Part shown: one piece after another, positions 11,401 through 19,473 of the stretch
How positions within the stretch are numbered: position 1 is the stretch's first letter
How the letters are laid out: each line of letters opens with the position of its first letter
IMG/VR virus record: IMGVR_UViG_3300030116_004830
Span: 23,651 to 87,650 of that record
Reading direction: 5' to 3' (one strand)
Length of the DNA: 64,000 bases
Source: a virus
Notes under the pieces: generated by a model
What the model was told of the DNA's origin: nothing
The model's database searches: none
What the model saw: the letters and a program-made list of their open reading frames with translations, nothing else
Translations under genes and position numbers: made by a program

Positions 11401-13063
11401 TAATAATTTTCTTAGAAGTAGAGGCCACATTGTCTTGTGCGGTAAAATCTCCTGTATCTAAAGTAATAGTATTAGAAATTGATTCTGTAGCACTATCTAT
11501 ACAATAAACATCATCATTTGCCGATGTTGCTGAACCCAATACCGCTATTCTCGTATCTCTCAATATACCATCTATTCCCCAGTTAGTTCCTTCGGTTCCA
11601 TCTAAGTCGGTAGTAAACGCATCTGCGGCCCCAGTAATAGTATCGTTAGAACCCCCATTATCGTTCAATCTAACTGCGGTATTAGAATAACTTCGATAAT
11701 TTACTGCCGCAGGATTGTCTGCCTTATACATCATATCTACTAAGGTAGCCTCCATAGTAAATGGCCCATAATCTACAATATGTGCTTCATACTCTTGGTC
11801 GGTAACAAAGGTAGAATAAGTGTAGATATGGGCTGAACCAGTCCACGATGAACTTCTAAGAATATATCTCGTAGCAGGTTCTAACCTGTCTTTTCCATTT
11901 AAGAAATAAAAGAATGGTCGAGATACATGGGTGTTAATATGATGTCTTATACTAGAATCTGTAGCCTGTAAACCATAAGCACAAGCAACTAATGTTTGAT
12001 TATCTGAATCTATCTTAGGTAGATTAGAATCTAAAGAAGAAAAGACCGCAAACTTAGTATCTTTAGGAATATCTACACCTAATGAAGGACTAAATTCTAT
12101 TCTATCTCCAAAAACATCATCCTCTAATATCTCAGTAATTTTAGCAAAATGATGTTTATTTCCATCGTCAGAATAAACTAACACCCATAAATGGTCAATG
12201 TTTTGTTTTAAGAATACTTCATCATTAGCGTAACTATCAGGGGTAGTATTATTGAATCCTCTAACAACAGTTAAATCATTAGAACTAATATTGGTGATAA
12301 GCATTTCTTCATTTTTAACAATAATAATATCGTTAATCGAAAGACCACTTGCACTAGTTACTGCAACAATAGTATCAGTAGCAGTTTCACTTCCACTTAA
12401 TGTAGTTAAATGTGAAATAAATCGCTGTCCTGTTTGGGACAAAAAATCAAACGTCTTCAATTGGTTTCCTGAAGTAACTGATAGATTCGATAAATGGTCA
12501 CTAATGGTAGTAGAATTAGGATATACTCGATTTACTGCTGAATAAGTTTGAGTGGTAAAAGATAAACCGATTGTTCCATTACCTGTTGGTGCATTTGATA
12601 GAACTAAACTAGTGCCATCTGTTACTGAACTCACTGTAGTATTATCAGGTATTATTCCACCAGTAGGTCCTACGGACATTCCTGCAACTATACCTGTCGT
12701 ATCCCCACTACTTATCGTAGTATTTCCACTGCTTACTGTAAAGGTTGTAACTACTTGATGTGATTGATTGATTCCTTTAGTTACATTAGCCATTGTAACA
12801 TTATCTGCTTTGTGTATTTCATAACTATTAATTGATTCATCAGCAGTAAACGCAGTAAAGTTAGCAAACGCTTCTCCCATCGTTCCTCTAGTAAGTAGAG
12901 GATTTAGAGGGGTTTTGTAAAGCGCCTTATCGAATATATTGTCTAGATAATTAGCCGAAGAAGAAGTTGATTTTCCACTTACTACCGTTTGAGCGCTAGT
13001 GCTTTCGACATTCCCTTTACCCATAGCAAAGACACCAGTAAAATTACCCATGCCTTTGGTCAT
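2432..13063 (-). CDS. Giant 3543-aa tail-tip / baseplate hub-adhesin protein
   Basis: 10.6-kb open frame with repeated beta-rich modules. C-terminus resembles tail hub proteins (FDLYNEIIVYG...SIDKFGKK...GDIVTLDFP). Downstream of the tape measure. Confidence 0.7.
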   Translation of the reverse strand: MTKGMGNFTGVFAMGKGNVESTSAQTVVSGKSTSSSANYLDNIFDKALYKTPLNPLLTRGTMGEAFANFTAFTADESINSYEIHKADNVTMANVTKGINQSHQVVTTFTVSSGNTTISSGDTTGIVAGMSVGPTGGIIPDNTTVSSVTDGTSLVLSNAPTGNGTIGLSFTTQTYSAVNRVYPNSTTISDHLSNLSVTSGNQLKTFDFLSQTGQRFISHLTTLSGSETATDTIVAVTSASGLSINDIIIVKNEEMLITNISSNDLTVVRGFNNTTPDSYANDEVFLKQNIDHLWVLVYSDDGNKHHFAKITEILEDDVFGDRIEFSPSLGVDIPKDTKFAVFSSLDSNLPKIDSDNQTLVACAYGLQATDSSIRHHINTHVSRPFFYFLNGKDRLEPATRYILRSSSWTGSAHIYTYSTFVTDQEYEAHIVDYGPFTMEATLVDMMYKADNPAAVNYRSYSNTAVRLNDNGGSNDTITGAADAFTTDLDGTEGTNWGIDGILRDTRIAVLGSATSANDDVYCIDSATESISNTITLDTGDFTAQDNVASTSKKIITLASSVDLDHNKIYSLVDSNNEFKDSFRMANRTTDDALYSTTTGYSRYMHYCDSPLTNTIIPNAMEMIEYESVTSTGGYVDIVFADTQKILAKKIKEGDSILINHIIESETVGKERTFPIADVEYSVPITGVDTIQANNLGNQKDMKFLLSSVIPNSSTSTGSRYDPLNDTITTNIDGTLYHFNIDKIDNKASGTNNGTTQAMGVRSWRKATDTEYVLTSVTAMTTVPSFSAKAFRRKYSFLADNLLTNIPIDSKITNYILSGNHSVADNNWNRNVRDYETLIETLNPTNDSITGAGANTRPTLNVGEIELEKASHSRNNDIHLVLKGGPVTGHRIKVEYGDKHNSFLKLQTHLKDERFLENFNRTDVTPYLDKISNVSLYGYSINSGLDGGGSAYRYDLNRSDSSTNFYARGVLSYLDYFSGTIDIERTVFKGTVESVEQVIEDGMFKLKIRGRNTVSDLLGPIVNKDFKFTEDIVYSTVGPVERMAAFGQVELTTHNHTTHGTTFTDDGTYPVGTTEIQVNQISSSTTTQGTTLTIQQGDLIYTTQGVFLGRVHKITDVDSDGDFTPAVILFEEGIPTRLKDGETLMGSFYQTPSEIFPNSQDLADTSTANIYRQYIKGNTVSLAKSLSANPFNSTRVNSLLGTKDKGIIFTGGKSLTLTDDYAPFKDGTDLVGTSSSSHPLAKGYSINSPDGVDYDYPFYCNLADEITNKYGINYVNFHTVNSLTEYDVINLSSNERETIIEMAPICPAVFARIDDNPIDSRDKYLLQVGAFTSSEINGYNGVFQIAQASWMEELKQGDYIFDENGELFGKIIDISLGSSDGILNDRVAFTLDRPLFKTITATEKIMKYYGDASPAQYFSGTGIHFSNYASATTFASTEFNAAVIKSSDATAQAFLQSLEAGMRIKIEGLVSHSMYDNLGVFSIGHVFEDDTEVILFTRKHPSGKIPASGLGSFSNDSSGQTVRITVLTDYFTQGLYFLNTQGLSQGGVLTLTNPILSSPNEADGNCKPIKWASGLFHYVTDGSVAESSAGAYQPHSTALTIMSDLIDRYGNTKWRYFGLQKGKYLSYVSRRLKDGKPKTTYSFEKGRVNGYATAYRISDAKYGKNKLMKFPYGYHNNDFAWGITRMAYDSASDTLLEPYTNDSVELTNGIRKPNFFLEYLSPESRDFRPVMGSNFADFDKHGTAIVTPDHTQYRVGIYPRYMARLHDNHRGGDWQEDLDAPENSTVPHTVLKYRKWKALASDSDDFDYDITYAGGSAASYIEPNAGSSDTITESLGSQWVKIGGQNDKNNNRTFKLSALSADVAGKFTMDTTKPPFTKIGTAGVGFVGGSAKTTTGYEEITVLHPPWIGPKFDGITRAKDHWELPDPKALRWFIFSSADMYPDSMSRKHHIGYSGVVNYDSSSETAISRSFSDYSLLLKSKSSFSNSNTPHAHYEGTLQDEEETDDNYTTIPISSASIAPSEMKRFGLMRLIDCTYDWHFNLIDPERLPSDITKMTTPNFEYSRYQALKRLPLRTTGSDANFLSAFYGDGDTIINLDNNPSALLQTGDQIFTCTGHYLGKVKRTADAVTDNTCDITNGSASITCDASANVRIGMEVRPTGTISGFPDNASVVSITTGTEGTDVTEFVISANFTGSSANNVNLTFEHHIELEGASRKIIKSDGSAGLYHGYLYVVSDGTSTLAEQDYWDSFFRFRTKGKGGKNTFTAPTEKAETHMLQQMWNASYHEAASQDTTYDLIPHTRHPVNGVLPYLFYQIPYGVVEEGSNHTSHGPNRPSNGPIGLAIHNAAYEKTDAGPDDTNIDANISEPSSDDPSPKFLRSFTRNFIQAMGPHAIIDPVSNATDPTGGDTTYAFNLPSSSQIAYNPIIALPPAFRTFYATSASKISTGLTINSMQDKRYLVNRSMTPANSGVVVNESNFSSENQFTITVDDGSGGSSDAVSKFPVNSVVYDPSNNPVGKVKAVTATQITLFSRNAVALNNNDELHYNVDNTIDTEYSHPSNVLEFIQHGGNPYAGCSVISLAGYTVEDSLPTNLPVGARTLIRNLQQGITKNFGHSRPRLSAPATSDANKSEAIYGDGAGNIDTASYFNEKSNEFNFLTTLGNWKSGFANFNSDLTQNANQFSYVGQGTGYIANGVFGVFHPELFLGGICKSTLNTTGGDIDANERQEGVFTFRSINQQSRDNVSNTNKDLGVLRILSSPSPNDSSSDRNFNHNDKNSWLNFVDLTGMYLVANFGTEEGKKTSRRNFAPFSGELTVNTYGSVLADEAYDIPAAYISPLFGTDGERSTKIRVIEEDFFLSNCAYSNSNGVVTYTGDEDIRQLLRAGMLVKGHGIASFVINSVDSASQFTLSNTPTAATQSNTLGFRGSGGGSTGLDDCMVDPDHIIYVHEHRRNATGKEVAHELLIDNIPHNKSGEVQFFNNYRVMRPAETCLWPNSPNEISIGKLSGSTTKMPQSDSMYGYVPSLTNINSSNNFTGPDEEQILSNYDGTIGDNEPPMSMYLAVDMDARHSKFKEIGTVAVNDKSSTVTSSSLFTSSVIQEGDVIRLLHGNYFVKSIESTSSLTIAGQYRGTNHSGTGYVYNNTYTVLRNYSHLFNPSGNRNTFKNGEAYNMLLTDGVNKQKISMGVNTNYYDETPLCKLSIGKIEQPLLGLVSFGEIFTIKSNVPVNIEDVTSARIGSTLVIGEEVENIVNNVLSDEGISYDISDNREYPYYISPNFQGVDLFNATNFAAKYKEKEIRVDEKGVSLIKQSNDLDFRDVTLSYENNDLKIISVTRNKSTFDLYNEIIVYGNGIKSIKRNRKSIDKFGKKTLEEVNMELVSQDDVDNRAKGLLKAHSEGDDRFTVRMSITGIEFVKAGDIVTLDFPSEGVPKDTYKVYEIRRELKGLIELEVGTYRKDLANRFAELSMLNKSNSASIRGSQFTSTTAPLDFFDSVKLKELSLVIRRIGLADTNAFTLGFQTLTSRKLDFGTTMGPQETVTEIIREEDLT

Positions 13064-15540
13064 GATTCATCCCCCTCAAATCTAAAGTAAACTAGAGTAT
13101 TTCTAAAGTTAGGAACAAGAGTATCAATACTATTGAATCTATCTTTGTATCCTCTTGTAATAGCAAATTCGTGCATTTCTCCCATGAACTGTGAACCTCT
13201 TCTAATCTCTAAACTGTCGTTACCGTTAGAGCCTAAGAAGCAATCGGTAGCGTTTAATTCAAATTCAGAAAAGTTTACTGTTGTCCTAATTGTAACATCT
13301 GTTAAAGTGCCGCTAGTATGAGGTCCACTAGCAATACTATTTATGCAATTGATAGAAAAAGTGTTATCTGTTATCACTGTAACTTTCCAAACTCCATCTA
13401 AATTAGTAACTCCTGTTCCTTCTAATTTAATCCAATCGTTTGTAGCCAATCCATGATTATCTTGAGTAGTAACTGTAGCAGTTGCGGATGAACCTGTAAT
13501 TGAAGCAAATCTAATTTTACCCTCACTAAATATTTCAGTATCTAATTCTTTACCATCTAAAAATAAACTAATACGATTAGCATTATTATCATAAGCCATA
13601 GCAAGATGAAACGGTCTTAAAACATAGGAGGCTTCTTTCCATGTATCCCCCAATAGATGTGCGCCGTATTCATCTGAATCAGCCAAACTATTACCACTAC
13701 CATCTACTATCTTTAGACCATTAGTAAATCCAGTATCAGGTAATGAACAGTATAATGTTCTAGAAAACATTTCTTCTTCATTTGAGGAAATTAAATAGTT
13801 AGCATTAGTAGCCCCAGTTAAGCCGTATGAATCTAAAGAAGTAGTTACTGGGTTATTACCTCTAACTACTGTTATCTTATTTTTTTCTATACTTCTTATT
13901 TCCATAGGTTCCGAATCATTCCAAAGAACCCCGCCTATACTTAATTTACTAGCATCATCAACATGAATAATAGTTTCAGTGGTCGTTCTTATTGGTTTAG
14001 TTAGTTTACATTTAGCCATAGAAACCACATCGCTTCTATTGGAAGAACTATTTACACCAATATTAGCAATATATCCTAGATATGTAGGTTGTTTTCCATG
14101 TTCCAAAGAAGCAGAATATACTCCCGTAGAACTAGATTGAGCATATAAATTACATCCTTTCCAAATATGCGGAGACATATCTAGATTACCAGTATCAATA
14201 CTTGTTGAATCATATTGGTAATATGCCCCTGCACCATCGTTAAATGATAATTGATAATGTCTTGTTTGAAAATGAATCGCTACAGTATCAGTAGCGGCGG
14301 CTACAGTTTCAGCAGTGAATAGATTAACACCTGAAGTAAACGGCTCTAATTCTATTACTGTAGTGCTAATTTTTTCTTTGACTTTGTAATGACCGTCATT
14401 CTTTGTTGAGCCAATTACTTTGATGTAATCTCCTGTGTTTAATCCTGCGGCAAAGGTAGTGTTTTGTAAAGTGATTTTATTTCCATCTGTAAGTGAACCA
14501 TCATACTCTCCAAATAGAACAAATGTTACCGCACTAGATATTGTTACCGCATTATGATAAAATCTTTCAGCGTATATCTGATTAGAACTTGTATTGATTT
14601 TCTTATGGTATCTAACTACATCTTCTATTCCAAAGTAAACAGGTCTACCAAATACCTCATCAACCGATTCTGTTTGTTCTACTGTCTTACCAAAATATTC
14701 TTCATTAGCAGTAATAACAGGAACAGCGCTTTGGACGGTAACTGTTCTAATATGACCATGCCTATCTTTACCTTTAATTACACAACCTAACTTATATTCA
14801 GCAGGTTGATTCATTGTAGTTCTAGTCATATTCTTTAGATAGAACTGGCATGTTTCATTATGAAATATCGTCATTTTATGATTGATACGATTATCGCCAT
14901 AAACCTCAGCATCAACGGCGTGAGTAGTAGCAGTAGTTCCATTTTGCGCTCTAGCAACTACAATGGTTTTAGACGTTGATATACTTACAACTTCCATTTG
15001 TTCATTACCTATTCTAATATTGGTTCCGCCCACTATGTTGTCGATATTAGATAATGTTAAAGTCGTAGCAGAATCATTTACTGCAACGGCTAAATAAGCA
15101 ACAAGTTCATGAGAAAAGTATGCTGATGTTCTAGAACTGTTACCAGTTCCTAATTGCCCTCTAGGAGAATAAAACTTATTCAATGGTAATTCTAAAGATG
15201 CGCTATTATACTTTGTAGCAAGAGTAGGTGTTCCTCCTCCTGAGATGTAATCAGCAATTAGACGATGACCAAATCCGTTTACGTCATAAGGAGTTATGAT
15301 TCCTTCTATTGTAAACGAATCAGCCAATGACCATAGACCATATTTTGCATCGTCATCATCAGCAGTTTCATCAATTTCAATACCCGCATTATTTTGAGCA
15401 TCGCCCATTGCACTTTCAACATAAGTAACATCAGGTCCTTTAGGAATATGCTTACTATAATCTAAATGAACATAGCCATCTCCCATAATAGGAAAGACCA
15501 ACGCCTTTTTATTACCAGCATATATTCTATAGTTAGACAT
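13060..15540 (-). CDS. Tail protein with LamG/ConA-like lectin motifs
   Basis: FHLAMAYD...ISLFLDG and FMGEMHEFAI are LamG-type motifs; shares beta modules with the giant protein. Start placed at MSNY. Confidence 0.6.
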   Translation of the reverse strand: MSNYRIYAGNKKALVFPIMGDGYVHLDYSKHIPKGPDVTYVESAMGDAQNNAGIEIDETADDDDAKYGLWSLADSFTIEGIITPYDVNGFGHRLIADYISGGGTPTLATKYNSASLELPLNKFYSPRGQLGTGNSSRTSAYFSHELVAYLAVAVNDSATTLTLSNIDNIVGGTNIRIGNEQMEVVSISTSKTIVVARAQNGTTATTHAVDAEVYGDNRINHKMTIFHNETCQFYLKNMTRTTMNQPAEYKLGCVIKGKDRHGHIRTVTVQSAVPVITANEEYFGKTVEQTESVDEVFGRPVYFGIEDVVRYHKKINTSSNQIYAERFYHNAVTISSAVTFVLFGEYDGSLTDGNKITLQNTTFAAGLNTGDYIKVIGSTKNDGHYKVKEKISTTVIELEPFTSGVNLFTAETVAAATDTVAIHFQTRHYQLSFNDGAGAYYQYDSTSIDTGNLDMSPHIWKGCNLYAQSSSTGVYSASLEHGKQPTYLGYIANIGVNSSSNRSDVVSMAKCKLTKPIRTTTETIIHVDDASKLSIGGVLWNDSEPMEIRSIEKNKITVVRGNNPVTTSLDSYGLTGATNANYLISSNEEEMFSRTLYCSLPDTGFTNGLKIVDGSGNSLADSDEYGAHLLGDTWKEASYVLRPFHLAMAYDNNANRISLFLDGKELDTEIFSEGKIRFASITGSSATATVTTQDNHGLATNDWIKLEGTGVTNLDGVWKVTVITDNTFSINCINSIASGPHTSGTLTDVTIRTTVNFSEFELNATDCFLGSNGNDSLEIRRGSQFMGEMHEFAITRGYKDRFNSIDTLVPNFRNTLVYFRFEGDES

Positions 15541-15544
15541 AATA

Positions 15545-16339
15545 TCACAAACTTGCAAAGGCTATTTCAAACTGTAAATTAAATTCAACAAATGGTTGGC
15601 CTCCTACAAGTGTAGTATCGAAGGACCTAACGAATCCAGCAACTCCTTCTGTAATATTTACAGCAGTGTTAATCGGTTTAGGAAAACTAGAAATTGGTAA
15701 ACTAAACTTAGCATCTAATTCTGATGCACCCTTATCTCTAACTCCATAATTGAAGGGAACTAAGGGAGCATCTTCTACTGAGGTTTGAGAGCCAACAGTA
15801 ATGGCTTCTCCTGAAGCGGTTTCATCATGGTAAGTCCAATTAGGACCTACTCTAGAAGGAATTAGAATATTTAATTTGTTTAGATTCTGATTAGGTTGCA
15901 TGAATGATGAATCAACATAAGAGTGTATTAGTTGGGCTACTTCTTGTGCGGTCATAAAAACAGTGCATCTCTTTCCATCAGCATCCGTGTATGTATTTGA
16001 GGAATCTGTAGGGTCTACTTCACTTTCAGGCAAATCGTTTGCAGAAAATTGTTTTGTGATATTCTGTTCAGTAATAATTCCGCTAAGTTGAATTGACTTT
16101 GTGGCCATACCCAAATCAAGTCCTAGAGAAACAGATTCACCAGTAGCGATACCAATAGCAGGTGTAGGAAAAGACATGATGTTTTTAGCAGTGGATATAC
16201 TTACATTGTCGCATTTAAGAGCAATACGATTTGAAGAAAATGAATCCATTGTAGAGGTATCAGGAGAATCGCTAAACGAACTTCTAGAACTTAAATCAAG
16301 AAAGACGTAATGGACATTATCGGGCGACTCAGTTGGCAT
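15545..16339 (-). CDS. Probable distal tail / baseplate protein
   Basis: Immediately after the tape measure; beta-rich, 264 aa. Confidence 0.5.
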   Translation of the reverse strand: MPTESPDNVHYVFLDLSSRSSFSDSPDTSTMDSFSSNRIALKCDNVSISTAKNIMSFPTPAIGIATGESVSLGLDLGMATKSIQLSGIITEQNITKQFSANDLPESEVDPTDSSNTYTDADGKRCTVFMTAQEVAQLIHSYVDSSFMQPNQNLNKLNILIPSRVGPNWTYHDETASGEAITVGSQTSVEDAPLVPFNYGVRDKGASELDAKFSLPISSFPKPINTAVNITEGVAGFVRSFDTTLVGGQPFVEFNLQFEIAFASL

Positions 16340-16341
16340 AT

Positions 16342-18585
16342 CTAGAACCTCACATTAGTAGACGAAGAGGTAGTTCTATTTATTTCGGTGCTAACCATTC
16401 TACCTATCTTCTTTGCAATATCTCTTAACTCACTATCAGACGCACCTAATCTTCCATTGACGTTAACACTGATATTATTTGTAACGCTCCCTCCCATCAT
16501 TGACTTAGTGGTATCGTTTGAATGAATTCTTGTTCCTCTTGGAAGATTAATTAATTCGGGACCTCTTTCACCAACCATCGACATTCCTCCTTTACTAATC
16601 CCTCCCATATGGAAAGGATTGAAAGCATCCTTTAATTTTGCAAATTCTCCTGTAATAAAATTAATAATCTTATCAATGAATTCTCCTCCCTTAGTTAATA
16701 ACATTGGAAAGAAATCATTCTGAACATATTTAGCAAATGATGATATTGCTCCTGCCACTGTGTCCGTCCAAAACTTCACTGAAAGTATTTTTTTAACTCC
16801 TGCTATTACACCCATTATAACAGTAACATATGTTTTAATTACAAACGCAACATACGCAATCGCTAATCTAATTACTAATTTTACTGCTCCTTTAAGGACG
16901 CTCCATAATATCTTGTATAATCCTTTATACAAACCTAATATTCCTTGGAAAAGTTTAGTGAATCTTTCCTTTAGTGTTCCTCCACCAAAGAATGCTTCAA
17001 AGATTAGAATGGCCCCACCAAACATATCTTTAATTCCATCAAATACTCCTCTTAGAGCATCCATCAAAGTTTCCATTACTTGCGCTTTTTCAAATATCTT
17101 TTTGATAACAACAAAGGCGAGTAATGCTCCTACTAAGAACATGATAAAATACATTGAATAGAGCATAGCCATCTTCATTACTTTACCTATAATTGAAAAA
17201 ATAGGAGTAATCTTTTTCATTAAAACTGCTCTAGCGCCGCCCTGTTTTTTAACATACGCCTGTCCTTCTGAAATTTTCTTTCTTAATCCCTCAAAGCGTT
17301 TACCTTCAGGCCCTTTCTTGCTATCTTCCTTAAGAAATTTGAATCCTTTTGAAATATTCTCAAATCCTAAACCAAAGGTCATGAATCTCTCAGTGCCTTT
17401 TCCTATGAATTTTAAAACTTTAATTCTCATTTCATGATGTTTCTTTGCGTCATCGGCTCTTTGTTGTAATGCGGCCCTTAGTTGGCCCATACTGCCTTCA
17501 TCTATTCCCTTATCACCCAATCTTCTTACACGACTACTTGCTATCCTCTGCCCTCGTTCCGCTTTCTGTCGTTTCTCAATTAATTTAGCCATAGGACCTG
17601 TTATCGCTTTACCCGTTTTAGAATCTATTCCTTTCTTAAGTTCATCTTCCGAATAAGTTGTAGTTAATTTACCCATTTCTTCCTTTATCTTTTCTAATTT
17701 CTTATCGGCTTTTATTTTCTTTTGAATTGCCGTTTCATATCTTGTTAGGTCTTCATTGGTAAACTTTGTTTTTCTTAAGAAACTCTTATTTCTTAATCTC
17801 TCTTCTCTTTCTAAGGCTTTCTGTAAGGCTTTACCCTCGGCTTTTAGATTGTCTTTTAATTGTTCATGGGTGGCTTCATATGCGTTTAATGTCCTTGCTA
17901 ATGCTAATTGTTTTGCCTTTTCTATTTTCTTAAGAGCCTGTTCCTCGGTATCTCTAGCATCTTCCGTTGCCGCCTTTAGAGCCTCAAAGGTATTTTTGTA
18001 TTCTAAATTAGATTCAATTAATTTTTTGTGGTTATTTGCCTCTCCCATTAATTTTAATTGTTTTTCTACCTGTTCTATATTGTTAGTCAATTCGCCCATA
18101 GCAAGTGCTTGCTCATTAGCGGCCTTAGTTGCTTCTTCGGTTCTACTCTGAAAACCATCCATAACTTGTCCTACGGCTCTAACATAATTTTGCAATTTCC
18201 ATAAAGGACTACCTGATAATATGCGACTAAACATAGTCCATTTTTTACCATAACCATCTACGTTATTAGCGGCCTTAGCAAACTTTCTAGTGAAACTTTC
18301 TGTTGTTGCATTAACTGTTTCTTGGGCCTTTACCAAAGAATATAACTCCGCAGTAGATTTTTTGGTTTCTTCAGTGCCATCACTTACTGCTTCGTTGTTA
18401 GCCCTTTGTGCAACTACTCCCTTCTCTAAAGCCTGTAACATTTTTTTGTTGTTATTGATTAAATGTCCCATTGCTTTATGAGTTTTCATTGTGCTTTTAG
18501 TCATAGATTCTAACATCTTTACGACTGGCTCAATATTTTTAGCAAGAGGGGCTAACTGCGAATTTATATCAGCCAATGAACTCAT
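16342..18585 (-). CDS. Tape measure protein
   Basis: Long helical protein with hydrophobic stretches. C-terminal FHMGG...VGERGPELINLPRG motif is typical of TMPs. Follows the chaperone genes. Confidence 0.85.
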   Translation of the reverse strand: MSSLADINSQLAPLAKNIEPVVKMLESMTKSTMKTHKAMGHLINNNKKMLQALEKGVVAQRANNEAVSDGTEETKKSTAELYSLVKAQETVNATTESFTRKFAKAANNVDGYGKKWTMFSRILSGSPLWKLQNYVRAVGQVMDGFQSRTEEATKAANEQALAMGELTNNIEQVEKQLKLMGEANNHKKLIESNLEYKNTFEALKAATEDARDTEEQALKKIEKAKQLALARTLNAYEATHEQLKDNLKAEGKALQKALEREERLRNKSFLRKTKFTNEDLTRYETAIQKKIKADKKLEKIKEEMGKLTTTYSEDELKKGIDSKTGKAITGPMAKLIEKRQKAERGQRIASSRVRRLGDKGIDEGSMGQLRAALQQRADDAKKHHEMRIKVLKFIGKGTERFMTFGLGFENISKGFKFLKEDSKKGPEGKRFEGLRKKISEGQAYVKKQGGARAVLMKKITPIFSIIGKVMKMAMLYSMYFIMFLVGALLAFVVIKKIFEKAQVMETLMDALRGVFDGIKDMFGGAILIFEAFFGGGTLKERFTKLFQGILGLYKGLYKILWSVLKGAVKLVIRLAIAYVAFVIKTYVTVIMGVIAGVKKILSVKFWTDTVAGAISSFAKYVQNDFFPMLLTKGGEFIDKIINFITGEFAKLKDAFNPFHMGGISKGGMSMVGERGPELINLPRGTRIHSNDTTKSMMGGSVTNNISVNVNGRLGASDSELRDIAKKIGRMVSTEINRTTSSSTNVRF

Positions 18586-18589
18586 TTAA

Positions 18590-18811
18590 TCACCTCTTAG
18601 CCTTCTTCATTTCCTTATCTATCTCTTCGGCCTTGTATGTCTCCACTTCTGCATGAACCATTAACATATCTCTAACCAGCGATGCTGGCATTTGATATAC
18701 ATCCAATGGGCTTATCCCTAATGCCTTAGAAAGGCTATAAACGGTAATTAGAGATACCATTTGAGGGTCGGATTTTCTTCCCCTTACTGCATCTCTGATT
18801 CTTCGTTTTTT
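18590..18811 (-). CDS. -1 frameshift extension of the tail assembly chaperone (gpGT-like)
   Basis: Slippery A AAA AAC at 18811-18805. The -1 frame is open for 72 codons including the stop (RRIRDAVRGRKSDPQMVSLITVYSLSKALGISPLDVYQMP...) and ends just before the TMP. Confidence 0.8.
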   Translation of the reverse strand, partial: KKRRIRDAVRGRKSDPQMVSLITVYSLSKALGISPLDVYQMPASLVRDMLMVHAEVETYKAEEIDKEMKKAKR

Positions 18812-19170
18812 GTATCATCCCCTGTTAGTTCTTGAAGGGGATTAGGTAGAATGTCTTTTAACTGAGAACCAAGGTAAGGACTCAATCTAATCAAGTCCAT
18901 CTTACCTAATGAAGGCTCTGTCTTTTCTACAAAGTTATCAATCATATAATGATATAGATTATTCAAATCAATATCCATATCGCCTGTTTTTGGATTAACT
19001 TTCATGACGGAAGCCATTGCCGCTTCTACTTGTAGCCATGTTGGTTCTTTAATCCATATTTTCAGGTATTCTTCGCTATTCTCAGCAATTCTGAGATAGT
19101 ATTCTTTCGGTTGTGTTGCCGCAAAAAGCAACGCTTTATCACTAACTATTTTCTTATTTTCTTCTAACAT
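18784..19170 (-). CDS. Tail assembly chaperone (gpG-like)
   Basis: Between the tail tube and TMP; ends at the slippery site. Start placed at ATG 19170 after GGTGG. Confidence 0.75.
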   Translation of the reverse strand: MLEENKKIVSDKALLFAATQPKEYYLRIAENSEEYLKIWIKEPTWLQVEAAMASVMKVNPKTGDMDIDLNNLYHYMIDNFVEKTEPSLGKMDLIRLSPYLGSQLKDILPNPLQELTGDDTKNEESEMQ

Positions 19171-19224
19171 TTTATCCACCTTTCTTACCAACAAACATAC
19201 AAACGGTGTTGGTGGAATCTAATA

Positions 19225-19473
19225 TCACTCGGAAGTTTCTGAACTCTCTTTTTCCTCCGATGATTCTTGGGCTTCAATCTCCGCCTTTCTTTGTTCTTTA
19301 GCGGCCTGTCTTTCAGCCTCTTCTGCCTTGGCTTTTTCTTCTTCTGCTTTAGCCTGTGCTTTAGCCGCTTTTTCCTGAGCCTTTTTCTCGGCTCTTGTTT
19401 TCTTAGCCTCTTCTTCTTCGGCTAATCTTTGAGCATACAATCTCTTTTTCTCATATTTATCCATTCTAATCAC
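19225..19473 (-). CDS. Small E/K/A-rich coiled-coil protein
   Basis: In-operon ORF of low-complexity charged sequence. Confidence 0.6.
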   Translation of the reverse strand: MIRMDKYEKKRLYAQRLAEEEEAKKTRAEKKAQEKAAKAQAKAEEEKAKAEEAERQAAKEQRKAEIEAQESSEEKESSETSE

